A stretch of 64,000 nucleotides of DNA, from the NCBI GenBank assembly GCA_002633005.1, contig NMRA01000816.1, positions 69,619-133,618 on the forward strand. Direction: 5' to 3'. The position numbers and the translations under genes were made by a program. Shown here in pieces: positions 1 to 27,857 of this stretch. Position 1 is the first letter of the stretch; every line of letters starts with the position of its first letter. The stretch is from Phoronis australis (Eukaryota; Animalia; Phoronida). Below the pieces are notes generated by a model. That model saw only the letters and a list, made by a program, of their open reading frames with translations, did no database searches and was not told the origin of the DNA.

Positions 1-1378
1 GACCTCCATTCATATACAACCAGCCAATAACTGCTTTGGGTACGTCTTAACATTGTATGGCACGTGATTAAAAAGTACACACAGATCAACAAATGTATTT
101 GTTGCACTACAAAACACAAGATCGTTGCTCTTATGTTATAACCTGGTTCAATACAGCTTTTCTGTCCAAATGACCAAATAATAATAATTATAACAATGTG
201 TTCACCAAACACTGCGAGAACAGGAATTGCACGGGAATGTCACAAAGAGATTTACGTTGAACATAACACTTCCAACTAGCTACTTCTTAACATTTTGTAC
301 CAGTGTACAAACCACATCCTTCTTAGCATAGAGCACCAATTACTTTGAGGTCTACAAGTGATCACGTTAAAGCAACACAAAATGTTAGTTTCACACATAA
401 AATACAAAAACACATTGCAGTGACAGAAAGTCATAGAAACAATCAAACAAAATCATTTCTCGTCAAAAACTAGCAAACTATGGCAGTTCCTCACTTATTT
501 TGCACACAATATGGCTGACAAGAGAGTGAAATTCTAGTTGTTACATTACCCCACAAAAGTAAAGATTAATAACATTTTGTTCCATAACAACCATGACTTT
601 CAGTGTGCCTATGTCACAAAACAACATTTTATGAAGTTCCCATCTTTAAAAGGGTGATCAGCCATTGAAAAACATAAAAATGGCCCATTTTTCTCAAACA
701 TTCCACTTCCACCAAGTTGGTCAAAAGTGGTGCGTATCGGCAACACACCCGTATTTCACGAGCATGTTCGTGACTGTATTGATGCACAACAGAAAAATGG
801 CTGCCACTGTGAGGAACTTTTCAGACTTATGGGAGTAAACATAATCCAAAAAAAAATATATTCACCCTTAACATAACTCCCACAAATGACTGGCAAGTGA
901 CTAGTTTTATCGATCGGGCTCTAAATAACACAGCTTCATCAACTTATGTCTTCATCAAAATTCTTTGTTGGGCATTCAACTTATCTATTCACAACAGTAC
1001 TCGTCTCTTTTGCAATTAATAAAAATCTCACACCAGATGGCGCCCTGAATAATTACATCTGCCAAATAATGACATTCCACCATTTTTGCCGACGCATCAT
1101 GTGCAACTCATCAAACCTTATCGGCTACTTGTCGGAATAGATAGACGGACAAATTGAAGAGAAAACTGCTATTTTAGAATAACAGAAAAGGCAGATCAAA
1201 CAGCCCATCAGATTTTTAACCATACTTCATGATCTGTGACACACCCTGAATACAACGATTATCAAATTTTGATGAGAAATTGTCAATTTTTGACGAGAAA
1301 TCCATCACCATCACCATGCAATGCATTACAGCTGAACACAAAATTTCACAATAAATATGAGACGTTGCAACGCTACAA

Positions 1379-17970
<16,592 letters not shown>

Positions 17971-18505
17971 CTTCTGTCCCAGCCAACGCATCTGTCCAGG
18001 AAAATATCAGGAGAAATCCCTGTCTTTTTGTCGGCCCTCAAAGAGGCTCTTTGTCGCGAAGAAACAAGGAACCCGGCTTATCAGCTGCTCGATACTGTGT
18101 GTTTTGATCGATGACACGTGACACAAGTGGTTGAGAAAAATATTAATAATTTGATAACCTAGTAATGTTTAAAAATCAAAATTCAGAAAAAATACGACTA
18201 TTTTCTGAGCAATGTCTTAAAGATTGATAAACAGTAAGGTTGTAAGTACAAAATGCCATCGTTTTATGAATACTAATTAATAAAACCTGCTTTAAAATAG
18301 TTCTGTAGGAATTATTGCGCCCAAACATGTCTTTTTATTCCTGTACTGAACATTTTCAGACAGAATTTCACAACAAACGTCTTTTTAAAAATCAATTTTG
18401 CAATCGTTTTACTTGTTTACGTTGAAATGTGTATCACATTTCTCCAAATTTCAGTTTTCTATTTCGCGTAAATATTTCCCGGAAACGCAGTTGCAAGCCT
18501 TCAAG
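17971..18505. promoter_or_regulatory. Bidirectional promoter and 5' UTRs of ZMYND19 and DNTTIP2
   Basis: Divergent ATGs 535 bp apart; E-box GACACGTGAC near 18113, E2F-like TTTCGCG near 18462, CCGGAA near 18479. Confidence 0.7.
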
Positions 18506-18861
18506 ATGGTGGCCACCAGACGTGCCAAACGTGGATCTCCATCGAAAAAACAAACACAGGATATCAAAGAAACGCCAAACCCGAAAGCTAAGGATGTTTC
18601 CGAAAGCAATTCTAGCGACAGTGATTCTGACATTGATTTACAATCTCTTGTTAACCAAACTTTCGAGAAAATGAAAAGTGAAACGATGCTTAACACAACT
18701 AATGCAGGATTTGTGATCGACAAGAGACCAAGACGTGAAAGTGACAATGCAGATTGCGGTCACACATCTGAAGTTCATATTGATAGATGTTCTGACTCTG
18801 ATGGAGAAAGTGACAGCAGTGGAGACGATGTTTCTAAACGAAATCCTAAGGCACAACACAG
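18506..18861 (+). CDS. DNTTIP2: DNTTIP2 exon 1
   Basis: aagATGG start, MVATRRAKRGSPSKK, Ser/Asp-rich, GFVIDKRP; AG|gtgatc donor. Confidence 0.85.
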
Positions 18862-21800
18862 GTGATCGCGTGGTTGGTTGTGTCGTGCTTTAAAAATGTC
18901 CCTTTAAATTTTTTATCAAATGGCAATGCCACGCCATAAATTGTCTAATGGCATAATGCCGTTATGAGCCATCAGTTTGGATGCTAGACTTTGGTTTAGG
19001 GGTTCACTGGTTCAATTCCTTTTGGAACCAAGAAAAAGCACCAAGCATAGTTCTCTAAATGACATTTACAACATTTGCACATAAAATTTTAGTCTGAAGT
19101 GACCCCAAGAAAACCTGACATCTAAGGCTTCCAAAAACCAGGTGGCAAATGGGAGTGGGTGCTAGCCTGGTGGTGGTACTGGATACGAGATACAGAGGGG
19201 GCGCTGCTGAGGGCAAATTCCAGGACATGGTACTGAGAGCAAAGTCCTAGATGCGGGAAGTGTTGTTGAGATCTGAATCCAAGCAGTATGCCTGTTCCAT
19301 GGAAGGGGAAGGAGTATTGAATCACACAGCATTCATTAATGTCTTGGAGAAAAGTAACCCCTACTAGTCTTTCTGATTTAGCCCCACCAGAGGTGGTACA
19401 ACTGCCTAGGCTGCGTCGTGCGATAAAATCATCTCCCCGAATCTCTTGGTAGTGGGCAATTAATTGCCTACCAACCGATCAGTGTAGATAATGACTTTCA
19501 CAACATCAGTACTTGAAGTCGGTCTTTGGGTTTTTAATATATGGCACCATGCATATCCTAGGGTAGTTAGCGTTATAGTGGTCTTGGCATTCATTGGCCA
19601 CCTAGTTTTCAAAACCTGGAAACACTATGCTGGTGAATGGATGAGAAGAATGTAAGTCTGCTTATTTCACAACTAAGATGAGATGCTTTCTCATGGGTTT
19701 GAGGCTAAAAAGACTAAGTGGCAGGTGTTGTCAAAATCTGCACCTTTTTGGTTTAGAGGATATCGATTCACTGACCTCTTGAACCAAACTTTAGCGTCCA
19801 AACTGATCAGCCAAGAGCAGTTGTGCCTTAGTGAGTGATTAAGATAGGCTTTTGTAGTACAGCTCTGTTGAGCGGAACAGGTGTACCAACTTGCTTCAGA
19901 TGTATACAACATTATCAGCGTCGTGCAATGGGAACTGTAGAGCTGTCTAGGTGCGTCGTTCTCATGCTGACTAATTATCTTTTACTACTTGCCGTATTTG
20001 CAGCCTAAGTTTGGCGAGTTCTCTTCAAACATCCTTCAAGTCCCCCAGTCTATATGTGAACGTTGACGCCTATAGAGACCCGACTGCGGAGAGAATTGGA
20101 CACAAGAAGCTTGTGACTGAGCACGATAAAGAGGCGAGGAAATTATTTTTTGTCAGTAGTCAATACACTTTTTGTACACTCACATGTATATGTGGGTTGA
20201 TATTGCCCTCATTGGTGTGGCGCCCCCTTGTGGCATTTTCTTTTGCATCTATAGCTGTATTTCCTAAGCCCCTTGTAGGATCTTCGTGAAATGTGACACT
20301 AAAATAAATGCGTTTTGTAAAAAAATAGAGGTTTTGGTCACCTCGTTTTAAATTGTTGTAATTCTAGTTTAATTACTACTGTGTTCGTGACCATGGGTGT
20401 TAAGGTGGGTGAACATGGTTGTTTCACCCTAATGAATACGTTGTACCTGTGTGTGCGTTTATTTGCACGTACCTAGAGTTATGAGATAATTCCTATGTTA
20501 GAAGTCTTTGTTGACATTACTTTGTTAAAGTTTTAGTTTACCATTCAGGTAATGAAAAAGAGTGTGCTGACATCAGACCTAGAGAAACAGCACAGCATTG
20601 TGCCGTACGAAGAGAGTCTTAATCAGATGAAGAAGCAGAGAAAGGTAGGGTATAACAGGTCTCCTTGAGACTGTTAAATGATGTGAATTCTCGCAGGATT
20701 CAGTTGACTTCAAAATTTTAGTGTTGACAAATTGATATTCGTTAGTAGTTATAAATGATCGTATTTAGAACGGCGTGTGCGTATGTAAAGCTGTGTCTGT
20801 ATTCTGATTTACTCATATATGGTGGACGAATAAATCCAACGAGCAAATTTTTTGAAACGGCATCTGAGTGAAGCTACACTTGTCCTTAACAAAATGGTTT
20901 TGAGCTGTTGATGTCTTTTTTTTTCAGTTAGGATACCAATCCTAGTCTTGGCCTATTAACAGATACTAAAAATGACATTCTCTTCCAGTTCACCGAAACA
21001 AAATCATTTTCTGTAACCGTCGACAACCTTCAAAGGTTTGGAGGAAAACTTGAAAACTCCTGTCAAAGTCTGCTAAATTAGCAAGCGTGGCCTATACTTT
21101 TAGCAAATTAACGGCAACTGTGGGAAAAGACCACCTACCAAAGACCATAATGTCCAATCTGGGACATAGGGAGTAGGAGTTTTTAGTTGTTTCCTGGCTT
21201 AAGCTTTGAAGATTGACCGCAATGGTGCATTAGCAGATGACAGAACAAGGATTGGTTAAAATCGTCAAAACAGGGCTTAATATTCTTTTAACAATAAAAT
21301 TAAAAGTATTAAGATTGAACAAGTTGCCCCAAAAGCCTAGTTTAGCGCATGTGTATGTACAATGGATAGTGCACAGGCAAATGAAATATATAGTGGATTG
21401 TACACAGGCAAATGAAATATTAAGTGCATGTGCCTGTGTGTGAAACACTTCAGCAAAAATTTGTTTTTTGCCATCCCTAAAATTGCGAATTCGAAAATAG
21501 GGCGTGTCCGCATTACATGTGACTTAAGCTGCTGGCTCATTCAGCAGCTATTCAAGATCAGATCACCGTGGTAATGGCTTTAAATTGCAAAGGGCTTCGG
21601 TTAAGAATTCAACATTCATAGCTACATTACATGAATTTCCCAACCAATATACAAGCGTGGTTCAGATACCCCAGCCAATATGTGCAATGCTAAGCCGGAG
21701 CCATCTAGACTTAATTTCTGTCAGCGAAGTTCATTGACAATGTGTTTCCATGCTCGAACACAGTTAAAGGCGAAGGCAACCTTTCTTCATGTCTTTTTAG

Positions 21801-24011
21801 CAAAAATAGGTTCGTTGGTTATCCCAGACATATTTTCTACTTAATTACAGCTTTTCGAAATTCAATTAATTATTCGTTCTTTACTTCGGAAGTGACGTTT
21901 TGGAAGGCAAGAATTTCGTGCCAATTTCTTTTCATGTAGTCTGATTGTGAGAGCCACAGAGTCGGTCATTGTTTTATCTCGGTTGTTATACTTTCGGTCG
22001 TCGTTTGCTTTTGTTTACGAGTCAGTCAACATGCCACACTGTTGCTGCACTGGTAATTCTTCAGGTATTTAGCACACAACATGGCTAACAAGTACAATCC
22101 TATTTCTTAAAATTACTCAATAAAAATAAAAACCCTCGAGTCATTTCTCTAGCTTCACAGTTCGGTTTTATCTATGTATTAATAAAGCGTAGAAATGGTT
22201 CCATGTGATCAGTGTAATGGGCCCACCTAGGCAGCCTACGCTTGCCTGGTGCAATGAATACCAGACTGTCTGCAATTATTTTTATACCACGGAATGTACT
22301 GCATAGATTCAAAAAACAACATTTGGCCAATTTTCCATCATTTGCAATAATGTAGCCAGCCTTTGAAAAATTGAAAAATAACAATTTTGCAAATTATTTT
22401 TGTGCAAAGAAGTGGAGAATTATCGTAATGTTTTCCTTGTTTGTTGATACAGTGCAAGTAACTAATATGTACAGCCATGTCATGGTCACTATTGCGCTGG
22501 ACACCATCACTTTTGACGCTGACTTTACAGAAGGAGCGCGAGATGACCAAAGGGAAGAACTGGAGTCACATGCCAGCGACAGAACTGACTGAGGAGAGAA
22601 AGAACGACTTGATGGTGCTGAAGATGAGGCGTGTGCTGGACCCCAAGAGGTTCTATAAGGGGAATGACATCAAGGGGCTGCCGAAGTACTTTGAGGTGTG
22701 TTTAAGGGGTGGTGTGAATGTGGGGGGTGGGGTACTCTGTGATGGTGTTAAAGGCAGGATGGTTGTTGATTCCCAAGAAGGGTTCTTAAGGTACTGATAT
22801 TGAGGAGCTGTCTAAGTGCTCTGAAGGTTGGTGTGGATGGGATTTGGGGTACTCTATGATGATGTTGAGGGTGAGATATATGTTGGTTTCCAATATGTTC
22901 CAGACTTATTTTTTGAATATTGGCTAGTAAATGAATTTTTCAAAATGACCCGAGTTATTTTAAATTCTGAAGAAAATTAGAGGTAAGTAAACAGAGAGTA
23001 AAATATAGACATTTTACCCACAAATCCCTGCTGATATATGACAAGATCATGCTTTTTGAAAACCTCTTACAGTGAAAATTTGGAAATGTTGGGTTGTACA
23101 AACATGGGTGTTAAGCTGGACAACTAGGGTGGATATTTATGTGTTGACTTATCCTGACATATCAGGAATGTGTTTGTTGTGGCTTGTATCTAGTTGCAAG
23201 TTAGAAGATTAGCCAGTTTCCAGGAGACATTACCATGTGTTGCAGAGAATTTCACTTAATTGTCTCCTGTTAAGGCCATCCATACAATAGTTTTGTTTAC
23301 CCTCTTTCTGTGGCTTAAACTGTTATTTAATTGGTCATTTCAGTTTGGTACTGTCATGGACTCGCCCGTTGACTTCTATCATTCACGTATCCCCAAGAAA
23401 CAGAGGAAGTCCACCATGGTGGAGGAGCTCCTGGCTGATGCACAGTTCAGGAAGTAAGTAGTTTGGGACTGTTTTGATCACAATGTAGTTTTTAACTTAA
23501 AGCAACGCACAACCTTGTTGTTGCTACTTTGCTGTTATCATGGTTTGGACCATATAGCTTTAATTGAACAGCCAGTGAAATGTTGAGCATTCGCAGCAGT
23601 TGGGTGAGGCTTTGGAAAGTGGAAAAATAGCAACTTTAAATTTAATAAGCTGTCATAGCTCATGATTGATCATGTGACAAGTCGTTACATTGAGGGTTAC
23701 GAATAAAGTGGTTATACATGGCTAGCCAGGCAACATCATGTTGTTACGGAAGTCATTGTACAGTATGGTTACGTGGTGCAGTGTTTTAGCTTTTACAGTG
23801 TTTCAGCCAATCAGTTGACAGAAATATTCGTATATTACTTGAATTTTTTGTGTGATGCGATGTTGAAGTCACTTGTGTCTGACCTTTGACCTTCCTCTAT
23901 CAATTCTCTTTAAGCTACAACAAGAAGAAGTACTCGGAAATTCAAGAAGCCACCAGAAAGTCGAGGGGTGCCTTTAAACATATGAAAAGATTGAAGAAAA
24001 AGAAGAGATAA
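18506..24011 (+). CDS. DNTTIP2: Deoxynucleotidyltransferase terminal-interacting protein 2 / Fcf2 pre-rRNA processing factor (whole gene; 6 exons, ~317 aa)
   Basis: Exons 18506-18861, 20004-20133, 20549-20644, 22531-22695, 23344-23453, 23915-24011. Fcf2 domain: KNDLMVLKMRRVLDPKRFYK...LPKYFEFGTVMDSPVDFYHSRIPKKQRKSTMVEELLAD; N-terminal MVATRR. Confidence 0.93.
20004..20133 (+). CDS. DNTTIP2: DNTTIP2 exon 2 (3' end uncertain: GC donor after 20133 or GT donor after 20151)
   Basis: tttgcag|LSLASSLQTSFKSPSLYVNVDAY...EHDKE; phase fits neighbours. Confidence 0.75.
20549..20644 (+). CDS. DNTTIP2: DNTTIP2 exon 3
   Basis: ttcag|VMKKSVLTSDLEKQHSIVPYEESLNQMKKQRK|gtaggg. Confidence 0.9.
21764..21905 (+). 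mobile_element. Terminus of a TTAA-flanked DNA transposon (Kolobok/piggyBac-like), copy 1
   Basis: TTAA|AGGCGAAGG...GCAAAAATA...TTATCCCAGACATATTTT shared with 60057-60186. Confidence 0.55.
22531..22695 (+). CDS. DNTTIP2: DNTTIP2 exon 4 (Fcf2 domain)
   Basis: tttacag|KEREMTKGKNWSHMPATEL...LPKYFE|gtgtgt; NAGNAG acceptor. Confidence 0.93.
23344..23453 (+). CDS. DNTTIP2: DNTTIP2 exon 5 (Fcf2 domain)
   Basis: tttcag|FGTVMDSPVDFYHSRIPKKQRKSTMVEELLADAQFR|gtaagt. Confidence 0.94.
23915..24011 (+). CDS. DNTTIP2: DNTTIP2 exon 6
   Basis: ctttaag|YNKKKYSEIQEATRKSRGAFKHMKRLKKKKR-TAA; ATTAAA and AATAAA follow within ~150 nt. Confidence 0.9.
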
Positions 24012-24546
24012 AGAAATGGGAATTAGGATTTTGTGACACAGAGGACATTTTTATTAAAAGATTTCATGCTTGTAATTTATTTTAGCAAGTTTTGAACTTA
24101 CTATTCCATTAACTTTTGCATTTTAATATTATGTAATATGTCTCTTAATAATAATAATAAAAGGCCCCCTGAAGTTTACCGACACATGGATGATTACTCT
24201 CACAGACTTTTTCTGTAGTTCTGGTAGTGGCAACTTGGAGCAGGAGTGACCATCTTCTTTAGCACTCTAAGTGCTTTCTGACCCCTGATCATATTACTTC
24301 TCTTGACAACATAATCCAAAACTTAGCAGAGAGCAAGGCTTACACGTGTGCGTTTGTGGTGAACTCCTTCATTGCATTCTTTGACCATGAGGTGTCACTA
24401 GCTGGTCATCGGATAGAAATACCGAGACAACCATCTCCCATGGAATACTTTTTAAACTCTTTTATCTCCCACAACAGCAAAGAAATTCATCGCCTGTGAA
24501 TGGTTTCCATGCAAGTGGACTAGACTTGCTAAACATTTGTTTAAGA

Positions 24547-25886
24547 TAAAGATTCAAGTTCCTGAAACTGTCACATGATCACAGGCACAATTCGCAAGAA
24601 CAGATTGGCTGTTGCGGTTCTCATATGCCCATTTAAATCATTTCGCCATATTCTCACTGATATTTTCTTGAATTGTTAGGTCATTGGGCCCACCCTAGTG
24701 TGCTAGACTGGCCCGCATTCCGTAATTTGACAATCAAAATCTCTAAAATCTGTCAAATCTTTTGCATGTAGTTGATTATCATCTCATACTTTCTGAAGAT
24801 TTCCAGCTCTTCCTATACCACCATCTCTTTTCTTAGCACCACATTAACTTTCTACGTACTTGTCTTTACCTTGTAGGCAGCATGTAAGTGCCAGAAGATC
24901 ATCACTTACAAGGGAATTTTGCAAGTCTTCTTGAATATTGTTTTGCTAGGGTTCATATACGGTAAAGTCGCGTGATTTTCGGACAGCCCGCCATTTTCGA
25001 CCAAGAATAAATATTTACGAAATGAGTTTTTCATAGTCCACGAAATTCGTACAAGGTCCAAAAACTGTTTTTCAAAGATCCTCGAATTTCGGACATTGTC
25101 ATATACATCAGAATTTTGTCCCGCGACTTTCGGACAAGGAAAATTTTAGATACGGTAATTTGGGATCGACGCAACTCCCGTGTCACTAAAGCGTTCAACG
25201 GATGATTACTACTGTATAAGGCTCGAGTCCGAGAATCGGTATAACGGGTTTGTAATTTTTACCTTGTCTTGACGATGTCACGACCGTTACTCGATTGTCT
25301 TGCGTTTAGCTTGTGTTTGGCGCTTTAGCTATGAAAAGAATCACCGAGTTCCGCCTAACGAAAATTTCTGATGAAAATACAAATAGGAAATACACCGAAG
25401 GCTGCAACTTTTCGTTGTAGCGTAACATGTGCTCTGGTTTAAATAGGCCGTGCTGTTCGACTCCCGACTGTGNTAAAGATTCAACTTCCTGAAACTGTCA
25501 CATGACCACAGGCACAATTTGCAAGAACAGATTGGCTGTTGCGGTTCTCATATACCCATTGAAATCATTTCGCCATGTTCTCACTGATATTTTGTTGAAT
25601 TGTTAGGTCATTGGGCCCACCCTAGTGTGCTAGACTGGCCCGCATTCCGTAATTTGACAATCAAAATCTCTAAAATCTGTCAATATTTTACATGTGGTTG
25701 ATTATCATCTCATACTTTCTGAAGATTTCTAGCTCTTCCTATACCACCATCTCTTTTCTTAGCACCATATTAACTTTCTACACAATTGTCTCTACCTTGT
25801 AGGCAGCATGTAAGTGCCAGGAGATCACCACTTACATGTGAATTTTACAAGTCTTCTTGAATATTGTTTTGCTAGGGTTCATATAC
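24547..25886. repeat. ~412-bp near-duplicate blocks (24547-24959 and 25474-25885) either side of the N at 25473
   Basis: Roughly 94% identical by hand count; second block starts immediately after the N. Confidence 0.9.
24960..25472 (+). mobile_element. TA-inserted Tc1/mariner(pogo)-like non-autonomous element, truncated at the N
   Basis: Begins TA|CGGTAAAGTCGCG, has repeated TTCGGACA; absent at the same TA in the duplicate block (25881-25890). Confidence 0.6.
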
Positions 25887-27762
25887 AGGCCAATTTCTGT
25901 GCAGGTGAAAATTTTTTCCGAGCCATTTCTAGTGCTCTTGCGTATTTGGGGCATAAACAGGAATGTGTCATCCACTATAATCTCGACTCCTAAATCGCGA
26001 GTTACTGCATGGTTCGTCACCGCTAGTACCGATTCCGTACGGTGGATGGATGAATTTGTATCTACACCACGTCCACGGTGTGGTGAATACACAAAGCTTT
26101 GAGATTTCATAACTAGTGCAATTTGCCAGTAACCACAATTTGCATCGAGGGTCAAAAATACAGCTAAGCCGCTGATTCATGAGGAAATTTCCACAATTGT
26201 TTTGATTGTGTGATGTGTTCTCTGTACCTCTCTGTCAAGTTTGGTTGGGTCAAGCCTCAGACTTTGTTGGACTTGCGAACTATCAAGGGTCGCTTCTTTA
26301 ATCGGTGTCACGACTCGGTTGAGTGATGTCAGCATCGACAGTTGTGTGCTCTATCCAGTTTATTTTCCTGTTTACCACAGACCATACACTTTTCTTTCTC
26401 TCAGCAACTTATGGGTCAGAGTTTGGTAGGCACAAGATTGAATCGGGGATTTTCAGTGCCATTATGTAACTGTCCATGCTTTCCCGTGTGAGCCTTATTA
26501 TTAATGCGTAACGTTCATGCAACATACAGTAACAAGAAAATTGGTTTTATTGAACAAGCATTGTATGAAACACAGAACTTTAACGCATGATCTATGTTCA
26601 AAATCTGCTAGCCGGAAGTGACCATTGAGAGTCTCATAAACAAAATAGTGCCTGACCAATTCCAGGGGAGACAAGTCTAATAACGCTACACCAGAAGCCA
26701 TTTGCAATATCTGTCAACATGCAAGTTTCGTCTATCTCACCATATAGTTTTATAGTGCAAGAGTTCTTCGTTTCTTGTTAGGTATTCTCATGCATGTTGT
26801 ATGATTGTAATTTGTTTGTAAATAAACATATTATGTGCAGGAAATAATTCTGTTGTTTTCACACCAGATTTGGAATGATGTGCATCAAAAAAAAAAATAA
26901 AATTTAGATCTTGAACCATTCAGGAATGTTCATGATATTGACGTGGAAACTGGTCTAGAGAAAAAAGGCAGTTTTGAGGTCCCATGTGACCAGATTTCCC
27001 CGCGATTCAACATGGTCAACATCCCATTGAAGAAGACGAGAGATCTCTGAAGATTTAGGAAATCAAAAAGGTAATCCAGCAGACCAGTTTTAACTTTAAT
27101 ATCACAATAAACAACTATACACGACAATACAATTCAAAAACTTCGATCCATAGTGACCGTAGTCCAAACTATAACCACAGCTAAAAAAGGTCCAATTTGA
27201 CTAGAGGGCGCTGCAACAAACAAACAACAGACGATACTAGCAGTGAGTAATATAACACTCCAGAACACCAAGCTTCTCACTGCATGCACACAGTGCCAAC
27301 TTCACATGTAATTCATGAGCTGGGGTCACTATTTTCTGTACTGTTTAAATCATAACTAATTGTGTCATGATTTTTAGTGAATGAAGTATTAAAAACACCT
27401 CACCGTTTTCCATAAATTTTATTTTTATTACAAAAATATTATAGTATTTGCAACGAGCACTCTTTAATAGAAAATCATAAAGAATCAATTTCCCATGCAA
27501 CACGATCAGTAAAATAACACTGGGACACTATTTGTTACATCTTATGAATTGCACTGCAGCTAAGGAATTAAAACACCTCCGCTCATTACTGAGAAGTACT
27601 GAATATCCATCATAGACTAGGCAATCTTCTTCAGCAAACAGCAGTCAGCAATACCTTCAGAGTAGTTCTGCAGGAACATTACACACAGTGAATGTATTCA
27701 TGCATTACAAAGTGACAGTTTAGAGCTGTCAATCGTCTGATCACCCACGTTTCGTCCACTGG

Positions 27763-27857
27763 CTATCCCATGGCCATTCCTCCCGTTATCTCCAAGCTAA
27801 CTCCAGTGATGTAAGAACTTTTTGACGAGGCTAGGAAAAGGCAAGCTTCAGCCACCT
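27763..27857 (-). CDS. HSD17B8: HSD17B8 exon 7
   Basis: ttccag|EVAEACLFLASSKSSYITGVSLEITGGMAMG-TAG; AATAAA on minus near 27424. Confidence 0.92.

Larger units (their letters stand above)
24200..26300 (-). pseudogene. Decayed Gypsy-type LTR retrotransposon pol (RT, connection, RNase H)
   Basis: Frameshifted motifs TLDANCGYWQIAL, SKLCVFTTPW..RYKF..PYGI, EIIVDD (YxDD equivalent), FKWAYE; ends approximate. Confidence 0.75.

Noticed and set aside
20670-23890. C/D-box snoRNAs in DNTTIP2 introns
   Set aside because: Only partial TGATG and CTGA words, without correct spacing, terminal stems or recognisable rRNA guides.
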